Both the position numbers and the translations under genes were made by a program. Under the pieces are notes generated by a model, which searched no databases, was not told the origin of the DNA, and saw only the letters and a list, made by a program, of their open reading frames with translations. From Eledone cirrhosa (lineage: Eukaryota), in NCBI GenBank assembly GCA_964016885.1, contig OZ024741.1:181722001-181786000 (forward strand): DNA of 64,000 nucleotides, in the 5' to 3' direction. Positions 13,745-27,524 of the stretch are shown here, one piece after another (the stretch's first letter is position 1; each line of letters starts with the position of its first letter).

Positions 13745-16460
13745 TTGTGGTGGTGGTGTTGGTGGTGTTAGTGGTGGTGGTCTTGGTGGTGTTAGTGGTG
13801 TTAGTGGTGGTGGTGTTGGTGGTGTTAGTGGTGTTAGTGGTGGTGGTGTTGGTGGTGTTAGTGGTGGTCGTGTTGGTGGTGTTAGTGGTGTTGGTGGTGT
13901 TAGTGGTGTTAGTGGTGGGGGTGTTGGTGGTGTTAGTGGTGTTAGTGGTGGTGGTGTTGGTGGTGTTAGTGGTGGTCGTGTTGGTGGTGTTAGTGGTGTT
14001 AGTGGTGTTGGTGTTGGTGTTGGTGGTGTTAGTGGTGGTCGTGTTGGTGGTGTTAGTGGTGGTCGTGTTGGTGGTGTTAGTGGTGGTCGTGTTGGTGGTG
14101 GTGGTGTTGGTGGTGTTAATGGTGGTCGTGTTGGTGGTGTTAGTGGTGGTCGTGTTGGTGGTGTTAGTGGTGGTGGTGTTGGTGGTGTTAGTGGTGGTGG
14201 TGTTGGTGGTGTTAGTGGTGGTGGTGTTGGTGGTGTTAGTGGTGGTGGTGTTGGTGGTGTTGGTGGTGTTGGTGGTGTTAGTGGTGTTGGTGTTGGTGGT
14301 GTTAGTGGTGGTGGTGTTGGTGGTGTTAGTGGTGGTGGTGTTGGTGGTGTTAGTGGTGTTGGTGTTGGTGGTGTTAGTGGTGGTGTTGTTGGTGGTGTTA
14401 GTAGTGTTGGTGGTGTTGGTGGATATTAGTGGTGTTAGTGGTGTTAGTGGTGGTGGTGGTGTTAGTGGTGTTGGTGTTGGTGGTGTTAGTGGTGTTGGTG
14501 TTGGTGGTGTTAGTGGTGTTGGTGTTGGTGGTGTTAGTGGTGGTGGTGTTGGTGGTGTTAGTAGTGTTGGTGGTGTTAGTGGTGTTGGTGTTGGTGGTGT
14601 TAGTGGTGTTGGTGGTGTTAGTGGTGTTGGTGTTGGTGGTGTTAGTGGTGTTAGTGGTGTTGGTGTTGGTGGTGTTAGTGGTGGTGGTGTTGGTGGTGTT
14701 AGTAGTGTTGGTGGTGTTAGTGGTGTTGGTGTTGGTGGTGTTAGTGGTGTTGGTGTTGGTGGTGTTAGTGGTGGTGGTGTTGGTGGTGTTAGTAGTGTTG
14801 GTGGTGTTGGTGGTGTTAGTGGTGTTGGTGGTGTTAGTGGTGTTGGTGCTGTTAGTGGTGTTGGTGTTGGTGGTGTTAGTGGTGTTAGTGGTGTTGGTGT
14901 TGGTGGTGTTAGTGGTGGTGGTGTTGGTGGTGTTAGTGGTGTTGGTGGTGTTAGTGTTGGTGGTGTTAGTGTTGGTGGTGTTGGTGGTGTTAGTGGTGTT
15001 GGTGGTGTTAGTGGTGTTGGTGTTGGAGGTGTTAGTGGTGTTGGTGGTGTTAGTGGTGTTGGTGGTGTTAGTGGTATTGGTGTTGGTGTTGGTGGTGTTA
15101 GTGGTGTTGGTGTTGGTGGTGTTAGTGGTGGTGGTGTTGGTGGTGTTAGTGGTGTTGGTGTTGGTGGTGTTAGTGGTGTTGGTGTTGGTGGTGTTAGTGG
15201 TGTTGGTGTTGGTGGTGTTAGTGGTGTTGGTGTTGGTGGTGTTAGTAGTGTTGGTGGTGTTAGTGGTGTTGGTGTTGGTGGTGTTAGTGGTGTTGGTGTT
15301 GGTGGTGTTAGTGGTGGTGTTGTTGGTGGTGTTAGTAGTGTTGGTGGTGTTGGTGGATATTAGTGGTGTTGGTGGTGTTAGTGGTGTTGGTGGTGTTAGT
15401 GGTGTTGGTGTTGGTGGTGTTAGTGGTGTTAGTGGTGTTGGTGTTGGTGGTGTTAGTGGTGGTGGTGGTGGTGGTGTTAGTGGTGTTGGTGGTGTTAGTG
15501 GTGGTGGTGTTGGTGGTGTTAGTGGTGTTGGTGGTGTTAGTGGTGTTGGTGTTGGTGGTGTTAGTGGTGGTGGTGTTGGTGGTGTTAGTGGTGTTGGTGG
15601 TGTTAGTGGTGGTGGTGGTGTTGGTGGTGTTAGTGGTGTTGGTGTTGGTGGTGTTAGTGGTGTTGGTGGTGTTAGTGGTGTTGGTGGTGTTAGTGGTATT
15701 GGTGTTGGTGTTGGTGGTGTTAGTGGTGTTGGTGTTGGTGGTGTTAGTGGTGTTGGTGGTGTTAGTGGTATTGGTGGTGGTGTTGGTGGTGTTAGTGGTG
15801 GTCATGTTGGTGGTGTTAGTGGTGTTCGTGTTGGTGGTGTTAGTGGTGGTGGTGTTGGTGGTGTTAGTGGTGTTGGTGTTGGTGGTGTTAGTGGTGGTGG
15901 TGTTGGTGGTGTTAGTGGTGTTGGTGTTGGTGGTGTTAGTGGTGTTAGTGTTGGTGGTGTTAGTGGTGGTCGTGTTGGTGGTGTTAGTGGTGGTGGTGTT
16001 GGTGGTGTTAGTGGTGGTGGTGTTGGTGGTGTTAGCGGTGTTGGTGTTGGTGGTGTTAGTGGTGGTCGTGTTGGTGGTGTTAGTGGTGGTCGTGTTGGTG
16101 GTGTTAGTGGTGGTGGTGTTGGTGGTGTTAGTGGTGTTGGTGTTGGTGGTGTTGGTGTTGGTGGTGTTGGTGGTGTTGGTGGTGTTAGTGGTGTTGGTGT
16201 TGGTGGTGTTAGTGGTGGTGGTGTTGGTGGTGTTAGTGGTGTTGGTGTTGGTGGTGTTAGTGGTGGTGGTGTTGGTGGTGTTAGTGGTGGTCGTGTTGGT
16301 GGTGTTAGTGGTGGTGGTGTTGGTGGTGTTAGTGGTGGTGGTGTTGGTGGTGTTAGTGGTGGTCGTGTTGGTGGTGTTAGTGGTGGTCGTGTTGGTGGTG
16401 TTAGTGGTGGTGGTGTTGGTGGTGTTAGTGGTGTTGGTGTTGGTGTTGTTAGTGGTGTTC
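13745..16460. repeat. 2.7-kb GGT/GTT/AGT-based minisatellite (9-21 bp units, e.g. GTTGGTGGTGTTAGTGGTGGT)
   Basis: Direct reading. The frame-breaking variant ggatattagt recurs at 14421 and 15355. Confidence 0.95.
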
Positions 16461-16879
16461 GATGTGCTTGCCGTCGTTGTGATGGGGATGGTGACGACCC
16501 CACAGGTAAACATTGGCCAAGGTGGAAAGTATTTGGTTTGCAATTGCTGCACGAGATAAAATTTGGCTGTAGGTGTTGTTGTTGTCAGCGACGCTACCTA
16601 TAGTGGTGGTAGTGGTAACTATTTTGAGCTCTTGTCACGTGACAGCTGGTTCAAATTGAGGGTGCATATTTCGTTCATTTTTTTTTTCCAGAAAAAGTAT
16701 CTTAAAAAATAAAGATCAAATATTATCAGGTCTCCTTTCCTCACGCCAAAGACGGGTGCTTTATGTCCCCTTATCAATAATTTTTTTTTAAAAAGATACC
16801 AATTTAAACAACTTAAATTCACCAACCTACTTGAGCTCAGAGTCATACTTCTTACATGTTCTTAGCCAAAAATAATGAT

Positions 16880-17550
16880 TTCTACGATAGGAACAAGGCC
16901 AGTAATTTGGGAGGAGGAGGGGAAAGTCGATTAAATCGACCCCAGTACTTACTGGTACTTTATTTTATATACCCCCGTAAGGATGAAAGGCATAAGTAAC
17001 CTCGGCTGGATTTGAACTCAGAATGTAAAGGTCCTTAACTAAACGCCACGAGCATCTTTTGTGATACTCTGTTCTATCAATTCACCACTCACAAACATAT
17101 ACTTATAACGATTTCTAATTTAGACACAGAGCCAGTTATCTGGGCCGCAGGAGAGGAAGTCGATTACATCGAGCCAGTACTTGTCTGGTATTTCATTTTA
17201 TATACTTCAGGAGTAGGAAAAGCAAAGTGACTATGGTGGGATTTGAACACAGAAGGTAAAGAGCCGTAACTATACGCAGCAAAGCTGTCAATTCACCACA
17301 CCCGAAGGCATAATTATAATACGAGTTTCTGATTTAGGCACAAGGCTAACAATTTGAACGGGGAGGAGAAAGTCGATTGAATCGACCACAGAGCATTACT
17401 GGTACTTTATTTTATCGACCCTATAAGGATGAACGGTAAAGCTAACCTCGGCAGGATTTAAACACATAACGTAAAGGGCCTTAACTTACACACCGCAAAG
17501 TATTTTGTCGAACACTAACGATTCTATCAATTCACCACCACCGAAAATAT
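16880..17550 (-). mobile_element. Three head-to-tail older SINE copies
   Basis: Repeated agtcgatt.aatcga.c..agtactt.ctggta..ggatttgaac.cagaa.gtaaag blocks at about 16880-17090, 17110-17300 and 17325-17550. Confidence 0.75.
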
Positions 17551-19249
17551 CATTATAATAACAACATAATGTACTGTACCTTACAAAGAAATTTCTATGA
17601 ATCAATTTTAGTTGCGGTGATATATTACATTACAATTTTCAGGAAATAAATAAACAATAACTTGATTTAAACAAGTAAAAAGAAAAGAAATACCGATAAT
17701 TCTATATACCTTACCTATACTTTTGCTAATTCCTTTCATAAATAGTCTAGATAATGAAATTTCTCTTTTGTTACCCAGCAGACAATTAATATTTACCAAG
17801 AACACTAATATGAGACTTTGTAGCATATGAACTTAAATATTACTATCATTAGATATATACGGAACTGATGTCTGCAATTCTATGTTGGTTTTCTTATCAA
17901 TCGATATGACACATTGACAACGATATGATACATTTACAATACATCATTGTTCAATAAATCAATACATATTCATTCCTGCATAATAGGAAAGTAAAGAAAA
18001 TGTAACATTGGACGTCGATTTTGACGGGTTTGATGGAAGATATAGCTCATTTCAATTGTTAGTAGCTTTAAACTAAAGGATCAGTATCAACTTTTATCTG
18101 ATATATATATAACATTATAATCGAAATCCATCGCCGTACGTCATGAGCGCATTGTAATCTAATAGAGATACCATTGTTGGTTAAGCCATTTCATTTCATT
18201 TACCTCACATATCAGCGAGTTTTAAATGAAAGGCATAGTCCGGAATGAATGAGTCTTGATAAGCTAACTTGCTCTTAATACTATACAAATCGGGGAAGTC
18301 TGTGTAAAGGGGTGTTTCAAAATCACATTAACGCTTATGAGATATCTTTAATTTCAAATTATATAAATTTTGAACAATTTTCTCTTAACCAACATTGTAG
18401 TTAGATAAAAACTAATACAAAGTCAGAATGGTTTTAATTACCATATGTTTACGTCCTAAATATAAATAAGTTACAACCTCAAAACTTTTTTTAATTAAAA
18501 TAATCTAAACAAACAACACGCAATGGTAATAACTCAACTAATTTCAATTAAATGAAATTTTGGAAATACAGAAAATTTGGTACGGAGTGGTTTTAAACCA
18601 ATTGGTCAAAGAAACAGCCTCGTTATTTGAGTTAAGGTTCTTTACATCCCAAGGGAGAGTTTCTGTCTACCAATAGGATGAATAATCTCAGTTAATCGAA
18701 GATTATATTAGATATATGAGACACTACCGTACTTATATTCGGTATACTGAACATTTCTCTGAAGTATTTCTTTCAGCTATATTGTTGGTCACTCTTGAGT
18801 GCTAGTGGTAACATATAACACAGTACAACCTGTGGCATGGTCGGGTCGTCGGCGATTAAACCGGCAACCCCACAAATTTACTTGGTGAGGTGGGTGATTT
18901 TGGACACTCTGCAGGACAAAAAACAAAACTTGACAAAGGGCGGAAGAACTCATAAGAGTCAACGGCCAGCTAAAATAAAAATAAAAATAAAAATCCCGCC
19001 AAAACAATGGGTGGCAGTAGTTCCAGCTGCACGCATCGAAAGACTGGTGTAGTGGTTCTGAGAACAATGTGGCTTTACAGGTGATCAATGCAATTTGACA
19101 ATGGAAAGTCGCTTCCGCTCGAATTAGAAGAGAACTATTGATCTTCAGGAGAAGCAGCGACCCCTGATTGTATTCAGCAACCAAAACTAATATGAAGTAC
19201 ACCAAATCCAATGCTCCTAGGGGCGGCCGTGGTTCTTCTTATTTGCGAG

Positions 19250-19600
19250 TGTAAACTCAGTCAGAATAGATTAGATTAGATATATTGTTGGTATTCATAA
19301 TCAGCTTCAATACATTCCCTTTATTTCTCTCTATATTAGCTACACTTAGTTTTGTTAACTGAGTGAAATTTGTTTCATTGAGAAGGCCTAATAAGATCGA
19401 AATATATCCGTTAAAGGCTACATCCACTCCCATACTGCGTTTTCAACAGCTTACAAACGTTTAATTGATTTTATTGGAGTTGTCTCCCTGTTTGTTTGGA
19501 GATTTAATCCAAACTAGAGGCAGATTTTCCTCTATTGATTAGATAATTTCAGTGAATGAAAGATTTCAAACCCCTATATTCCATATGGGAGAATTTATAT
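19250..19600 (+). mobile_element. PLE pseudo-LTR-like fragment with a degenerate hammerhead (19376-19410)
   Basis: ca-TTGAGAA-ggcct-aata-agatc-GAAA-tata-TC-cg. Confidence 0.4.
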
Positions 19601-19619
19601 TATGATTATTTTTGCATGT

Positions 19620-20650
19620 TGAGGGATTGGCGGAATCGGTAGAGCGTCGGACAACATTCTTTGCATCTTTCTACGTTCTGTGTTCATGTCTAGCCGAGGT
19701 CAAATTTGTTTTTCATCTTTCAGGATTCGATAAAATAATGTACTTGTTAAGTTATGAGGTCGATGTAATCGACTTTGGCCATCCTTCAAATTACAGACCT
19801 TGTGCAATTGTTAGAAAGAAAGAATGATTGCATCCATGCGATTTTCATATGCATTAGGTGACTCGAGAAGGGGATGATATAAATTCAACTGGTAAATACG
19901 ATTTGGTGAAAGATCCGGTTATTAAGCCGATCACTACTTATCCTGGATTGTTTGACATTAAACATATCAAATGTTAAGTCGAAAGAACGTCAGATAGAAT
20001 TATTTACAGAATTCGATCTGGTTTTCAAATCCCGCCAAGTTAAACTTTTCCTTTCATAATTTTGATGTCATCAAACAAAGAACCAATGCAGTACTGAGGT
20101 CGCTTCTTCCCCCAACTCTCTCTTCTCCATTTTTCTCAGTTATTGGAAGAAATCGGTTGAAGAATGGACTCCGTCAAGTTTAAATTACCATCTGAGAGGC
20201 ATCGTGTGTTACGACGGTTCCCCCTATAACATCATTAGAGGTTTTAGTTAGGAAGGAGAAGATATCAAATATTAAATTATCTTGACTAATAAGTTATGTA
20301 AGGGAAAATTATAATTGATTTATATGTATGCAGTGAACATTTTGTCAACTAACGGCAACACGAAATTTGGACTTTGAATAATGACCTAACCAACTAAACT
20401 CCAAAATAATAATTATATATATAGTAGGGGCATTACCGCATATCTAAGTATAACTAAGGTCAGGCCAATGATTTCTAGTGTGTTCAAGATAAATTGCGAA
20501 TCGTTACATCATTGAACGGAATGCTTTGTGGTGTACATTCCGGCTTTCAGGACTCTAAAGTCAAATCCTGTCGAGGCCAACATTGCCTTTCATCCCTTCG
20601 GTGTCGATAAAAGAAGTATCGAAGTATCAGTCCAATACTGGGGTCAATTC
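19620..20650 (+). mobile_element. Old SINE copies (about 19620-19830, 20000-20105, 20500-20650)
   Basis: Diverged gccgaggtcaa.ttt..tttcatc..tcgataaaa core. Confidence 0.6.
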
Positions 20651-21341
20651 TTCTATATTTCTTTTCCATTTTCTCTCGCTGACTCTCATTTTCTCTGAAA
20701 GAAATCAGCTGTGTTCAGACCTGGAGAGTGGATAGACTCCGCCAGGTTTAAAGAGCCCGAGACAGTATGAAGACTTACGAATCCATACATACAAATAAAG
20801 TACTACTCAAATATTAAATTCTTCTCTGTCTATCTCTCTCTCTCTCTCTCTCTCTCTCCCCTCTCCCTCTCTCTATCTATTTATCTATTCATCTATCTAT
20901 CTAGAAGAAATCGGCTTTGGTTAAATCTGGTGAGAGATCGATGCTGCTTAATCGACAAATGCCTAATAAATGCCGTAAGTCACGCCGGAGTCACTAGAAC
21001 TCCAATAGGAGTTACGTGATTAGTGAGAGAGGTAGGTTGAGTGTATTCTAGACCAGAGTTTAGAAATACAATAAAATGTAGTTATACGTACGATATTTAT
21101 ATAATGGGAGAAAAATAAACATGTGGGTAAGACTTTTGATCCCTCTTCATCGAAATGACATCTCTATAATCCGATAGAGAAAACTTTATCTTTGCGCTAC
21201 ATTAGCAGGTTTAATCTAAAGGAATGGTTGAAGAGATCAACAAAGATTACCATCAGTGTGGTAAGAGTGAATCCGAAATCACACAATCACAGTTGTGACA
21301 ATATAAATAAAATCTCAGTCATATTTTTTTCTCACTCTCTG

Positions 21342-21406
<65 letters not shown>

Positions 21407-21527
21407 TTATTTATTTATTTATTTTTATATACATTTACATATACATATGTGTGTGCGTGTGTATGTGTATACATACATATATATATATGTATATATATGT
21501 ATAAAAATATATATGTATATATATATG

Positions 21528-21561
<34 letters not shown>

Positions 21562-21565
21562 TATA

Positions 21566-21615
<50 letters not shown>

Positions 21616-21716
21616 TATTTTTATACATATATATATACATATATATATATGTATGTATACACATACACACGCACATACATATGTATATGTAAATATATAT
21701 AAAAATAAATAAATAA

Positions 21717-21769
<53 letters not shown>

Positions 21770-21853
21770 GTCATAGCCATTCAATGGCTATCATCGAAAT
21801 ATATATAGCAGTAAATAAAGGATTATGAGTTCATGCAATTGACTTATGTTTCG

Positions 21854-21906
<53 letters not shown>

Positions 21907-22406
21907 CTTCTTTGGTTATTCCTGTAATATTTTCATCTAATCACAGATTATAAATATATTAAGCTTTGCATTGGGAAAAACGTCTTTTTCGTTCGTAAAA
22001 CCATAAATAAATATATAAATAAATATATTTATATATCCACAATTGCTGATTAACGATATACGTGTTTCTGAATGAGAAAAATAATATTTCTGTTTTCTTT
22101 CTTTTCTTACTCTCATCTATCTTTCTGTTTTTCTTCTATCTCTCATTCTACCTTCCGATGAAGGACTAATATCCGAAACGTTCCGACTACTTCCCTACTA
22201 TAACAAGTGTTGACAGATTAAACTAATATACATCCTAATTGTACTGTATTGCTCTGCTGTGTTAGTTTTCCTTGTTGAAATTTTACACACATGCACACAC
22301 ACACGCACACACACACATACACACACATACAAACACACACACAGAGACACACACAGACACACACAGACACACACAGACACACACACACACACAGACACAC
22401 ACACAG

Positions 22407-22438
<32 letters not shown>

Positions 22439-23404
22439 ACACACACACACACATATATAAATATATATATAAACCAATATACTGAAGATATATACTTATA
22501 TACACAAGTATAGACATACGTATGAGGGAGTATAACCAACAGAAATGTTGCCCAATGAAGTAATTAATAAGAATCAATTGGTCAGAGCATAATAAAAGTT
22601 ATATAAAGAAATACCTATTAAAGTAGAGAGTCCCAACTGCAGTTTGAGTAAAATTCAGCATTGAGTGCTGTGACAAGCTCAACTCACCAGGGAACATTTT
22701 CAAACAAGAAAGGATTCAACTGAGTTACCCGCTACCAGCGATAATTTCGAATGGGAGAATTATCACTTGATTAGCAATCTACAGAGAGGCAGCGGTGTGT
22801 GGACAGTGGCAGGGGATAAGGCTGGTAGAATAAGGAATTTGATTCGACCAAATTTCTTTACTCGACCGTAAGGGAGTTTTAATCAATGAAACTGCAGTAA
22901 GGACGCTCTAAGTAAACAGGAAAATATTTCGTTTTTTTATTACCTTTTCCCAAAGATAATTTATATATATATATATATATATATACAGAAACAGAATGAC
23001 AGTTCATCGCCAACAATTACGAGATCCAACTACGAGACAGATACCACTAAGCGCACATCTAGACATATGCGCAAGTAATAAGACACCCAAATTCCAAGTC
23101 TTCCCATTTTATCTTTGCGCTAACAATACAAAAGAACAAATACGAATAAATAAGGAAAATATGTTTATTCAAAAATATAGACCAGCATTAAATATGGTTT
23201 AATATACATTATGTCAACACCATAACATGCTAATCATCCAAACAGACACATACACACACACATAACACCTGCTACTTTAGAAAATAAAAACCCGAACTAA
23301 ATAAACCTTGACATACGTTTGCGCTGACAATACAACAGAACAAATACGAAGAAGTAAGGAAAATATGTTCATTCAAAAATATTCCTACTAAAGGAATCAT
23401 TTTC

Positions 23405-23491
<87 letters not shown>

Positions 23492-24424
23492 ATATATATA
23501 TATTCTTTTTCATCTTAACATGCTAACCATACTCCCACACACATAACACCCATACACACACATAACAACCCCCACCCACACACATACAACTCCCTCCCCC
23601 ATTTCTATTAATAGAATCACTTTCCTACACACAAAATATATATATTCGCTCCATTTTAACATACTCCCCCCCACACACACATAACACCCATGCACACACA
23701 CACACAACTCCCTCCCCCATTTCTACTAATAGAATCATCTTCCAATACACACACACACACACACAAGCACACAAATAAACATACACATCTTTACTTTCTT
23801 TACTTCAATAGAAAATCTGAATTCTGACACCCCAGCGAACTAACCATATTCACTGAACCAGAACAATTCTCCCATCCAATTTCTCTTTACCATTATCTTT
23901 TGCTTGTCATAAAATTCTCTAAAAAGGCTACAGAATAGATTTCCAAATAAGGGCGCGAAAATTTAATGAAAACTTGTTCACGTGACAGCCATAATTTCAT
24001 TTATAACCGATCAAATTACGTTTATTAAAAAAAAGCCTTCGTGAGCCCCCTTTTTTTTAAGTAAAAAGAAATTCAAACACTCATATATGAAAAAACAACC
24101 TGTGCTCCCCGCCTTGTTTGAAGAACTTTGTAACGCGAACTGGAGCAAAATTTATTATAATTATTGAACAACCAATCAAATTACTTCTCTAAAAACCTGG
24201 CATTTCGAGCCGCTTTTTTTCCATATAAAACAAGTAACATTCAGAGACCAACCAGATGTGAGAAAAACCACAGTCCCTCCATCTCAACTCTACTTTTGAA
24301 AAGCAGAAGTACTGCGAAACCGGTGTAAGACTCCAGTTGCATTTTCGATTTCATCTTTTTTTCTTTATACTTTCACTCGTGTAGGACACCTCGGTTGTTT
24401 TTCATTTTGTAAAAAAAAACTCAC

Positions 24425-24478
<54 letters not shown>

Positions 24479-24482
<4 letters not shown>

Positions 24483-25412
24483 ATTTACATATATATATAT
24501 AAAGTCATAGATATATATGTGTTTTGCAACCGGTCACGTTGTGGCTCAATGAGAAATTTATAAATTAAATTAAATAATCAGAGCTATGTATCATAAAATA
24601 TGTCTTTAGAATCACTAGATATATATACCAATTCCTCTCCCAATTAGTATAATTAACCGTATAAAAAATCAATTAGACCAAGCTATAAGAATAAAGGCTC
24701 CTATGAAGAAATCTCCCACAAATAACCGAAAGCAGCCCCTTCGCGGTGGCTACAATAGATTATTTATCTAACATTTCGACAGCATGTAAAAATCGACCAG
24801 ATATACAGTCAACTAAACACAATTAGGTGTAAAATTGAACTTAGAAGAATTGCGTACATACCTAATCACCTCTACCATGGTTTCATCCGTATTTTAAGAC
24901 ATCCGATAACAAGGAATGTCCAGAGCTTCGGAATCACCAGGAGCGAGCACAAAATAAGACATTTCATTTTCCAAAGTGATCGCGCCAAATATACATTCAA
25001 AAATGGCTAAGAATCGTGACGTGGCAGCGGTCAAGTTAGAAAGGATGTGATTAGTTTCTTACGGCGGGTAGGCTTATTGCTAGAAAGTGCAGCCTAATAC
25101 CGCCAAATTGTATCTCAACCTAACGGGAGATTATTACATATAAGATTTACATATATATATATAAAGTCATAGATATATATGGGTTTTGCAACCGGTCACG
25201 TTGTGGCTCAATGAGAAATTAATAAATTAAATTAAATAATCAGAGCTATATATCATAAAATATGTCGTTAGAATCACTAGATATAATATATACCAATTCC
25301 TCTCCCAATTAGTATAATTAACCATATAAAAAATCAATTAGACCAAGCTATAAGAATAAATGCTCCTATGAATTATAGCTCTGATTATTTAATTTAATTT
25401 ATTAATTTCTAA
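24479..25412 (-). mobile_element. Partial-tandem non-coding mini-element (662-bp unit) with a degenerate HHR
   Basis: 24479-24707 repeats at 25141-25372, with a short inverted tail at 25374-25412. HHR at 24869-24943 (-): ctc-CTGGTGA-ttccg..cggat-GAAA-ccatgg-TA-gag. Confidence 0.65.
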
Positions 25413-25617
25413 ATTAATTTCTAAATTAATTAAAAAAGAAAATATATATATATATACACATATATACATATACATATATATATATATATACCTACACACA
25501 CATATACATACACGTACGTATGCATACATACATACACACACACACATATAATTATACATATATATAAGGAAAAACCATAAATATTATATATATAAAAAAT
25601 CCTAAATATTGTATATA

Positions 25618-25722
25618 TAAAAATAAAAATAAAAATAAAAATAAAAATAAAAATAAAAATAAAAATAAAAATAAAAATAAAAATAAAAATAAAAATAAAA
25701 ATAAAAATAAAATAAAAATAAA
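25618..25722. repeat. (AAAAAT)n microsatellite
   Basis: Direct reading. Confidence 0.95.
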
Positions 25723-26542
25723 AAGTTGGGAATACGACAAATACTAAAGAAAAAAATAATTAGAAAAGGGTATAAATGTTTATAGCTGATTTAGAGCACT
25801 CAACAAGTACCTGGAGCAAATGATCAATGAAAATAAGCATTAAATCACTTTATGTAATTATGCATATACATACACACATACATATACATATATATATACA
25901 TATATATACATACACACACAAACACAACCACTGAAATACACACACACATACATATACGTATATATATATACACACACATAGGAAAAAGTCTGACTCCCAC
26001 GGCAGAGCTCAAGCCGTTTCTGAGGCTATTATATATACACACACAAAACCATTATATAAAAATACATATACACGCACAAATATACACACGCCCACACACA
26101 TCATTAAATCTATATATACACACATACATACACACATATATATACATATATATATATATACACATATATATATATATGTACACACGCACAAATACAGCAG
26201 AAGCATATAATATACAATTATATATACATATACATACGGATAAATATAAACATACATACACACACATATATACATACATATATATAAATATACACACACA
26301 CACATATATATATATATAGTAGAAAGATCGAGAATCGGAATATCGGCCCACGAAATCACGATAAACAATATCCGACATGTGTGGCAGAGGGCTCAATAAT
26401 TTGGATAAATCAGAGCTATAACTATCGTTAAAATACCAGCACATAGAGATCATGCCTAAAATCAGCCGTGCAGCCGAAAAAGAACGACCAGGAAGATTCG
26501 GCTCACTCAAATAAAATATCAATAAATTAATAAATTAAATGA

Positions 26543-26610
<68 letters not shown>

Positions 26611-26838
26611 GTATACACATATATACGCAACACACACGCACACACACAAAAATAAATATCTAAAAATAAAACAATTGGGTATGTGAAGGGTAAGGCAGAA
26701 AGTAGGGGGGGAAATAAGGAAAATAAATGACATAGGAAAAGGTTTAAATATAAGGGGAGATAAGGGAGAAAGAGAATACGAGAGTACAGAGTTCAGTAGG
26801 TAAAAAAACCGTAGTGGAAGTAAAGAGCAGGGAGGAGT

Positions 26839-27524
26839 TCAAGGTGGTTGAGTTATCGTAGGAATGTCAATCCAGTTACAGATCAGATGTGATTTCAGGT
26901 GAGGACAACATCTGAAGATCTCGGTCTTTGAGTTCAGGCAAGCAGAAATGGCTTTCAAGTTTTGTAAAATTCTATATTTTTCCGTGGTACATAAAGAACA
27001 ATTTTTTGTGCCCCTTTGATACTCCCTCGAATGGTCTAAAATAGACCAATCGATAGAGTACGGGATGTTTTTATCCTTGAATTCCCACACCTTACTTGCG
27101 AGGGCCGTTGCTGTTCTTTTATCGGAGTGCTTAAAAGAAGCAACATGTGCATAAAACCTGGTTTTAAACCTGTCCTGGGTCATGCCAACATATCGCTCAC
27201 TCCTGGCTGGCTGGTTGTTGATTAAAGGTGTCACTTTGGCCTCATATACAACGGATTTGGTGTTACATTTGCCCTGTAATGGGAATTCATCCGGCTTCCT
27301 GCAACTGCATCCTGGATTTGTTCTCGTACGATTTGAATTAGTGATCTTAGATTTCATTGATGGGCAACAAGAGTAACTGATCTTAACTACATTTATATTA
27401 AATATCTTATAATATCTATGATTAGGAGGAAAATGTTTATCTAAGAGGTCAAGGAATTTCCTTCCTACATTAGTTTTGACAGTTAGAGAGAAGGGGGGTG
27501 TAAACCAAATAATTTTCCTTTTCC
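26839..27524 (-). mobile_element. 5'-truncated Penelope-like element: thumb/linker plus GIY-YIG endonuclease
   Basis: Open frame KRKIIWFTPPFS..KISYSC..CSCRK..SVVYEAKV..YVGMTQDRFKTRFYAH..TALAS..CSLCTTEK..LNSKTE. Confidence 0.9.

Noticed and set aside
13745-16460. Telomere-like or CRISPR-like array
   Set aside because: No TTAGGG/TTAGG units and no unique spacers.
13471-16603. 630-aa and 724-aa Val/Leu/Gly-rich + strand ORFs
   Set aside because: They are stop-free only because of the trinucleotide-based repeat; no domain content.
22150-22190. CCGATGA-a-gga-ctaata-tcc-GAAA-cg-TT motif
   Set aside because: Stem I does not pair; too degenerate to call as a feature.
25770-25812. Possible decayed HHR on the minus strand (ggta..TTGTTGA..AAAcatt..tacc)
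   Set aside because: It requires several core changes.
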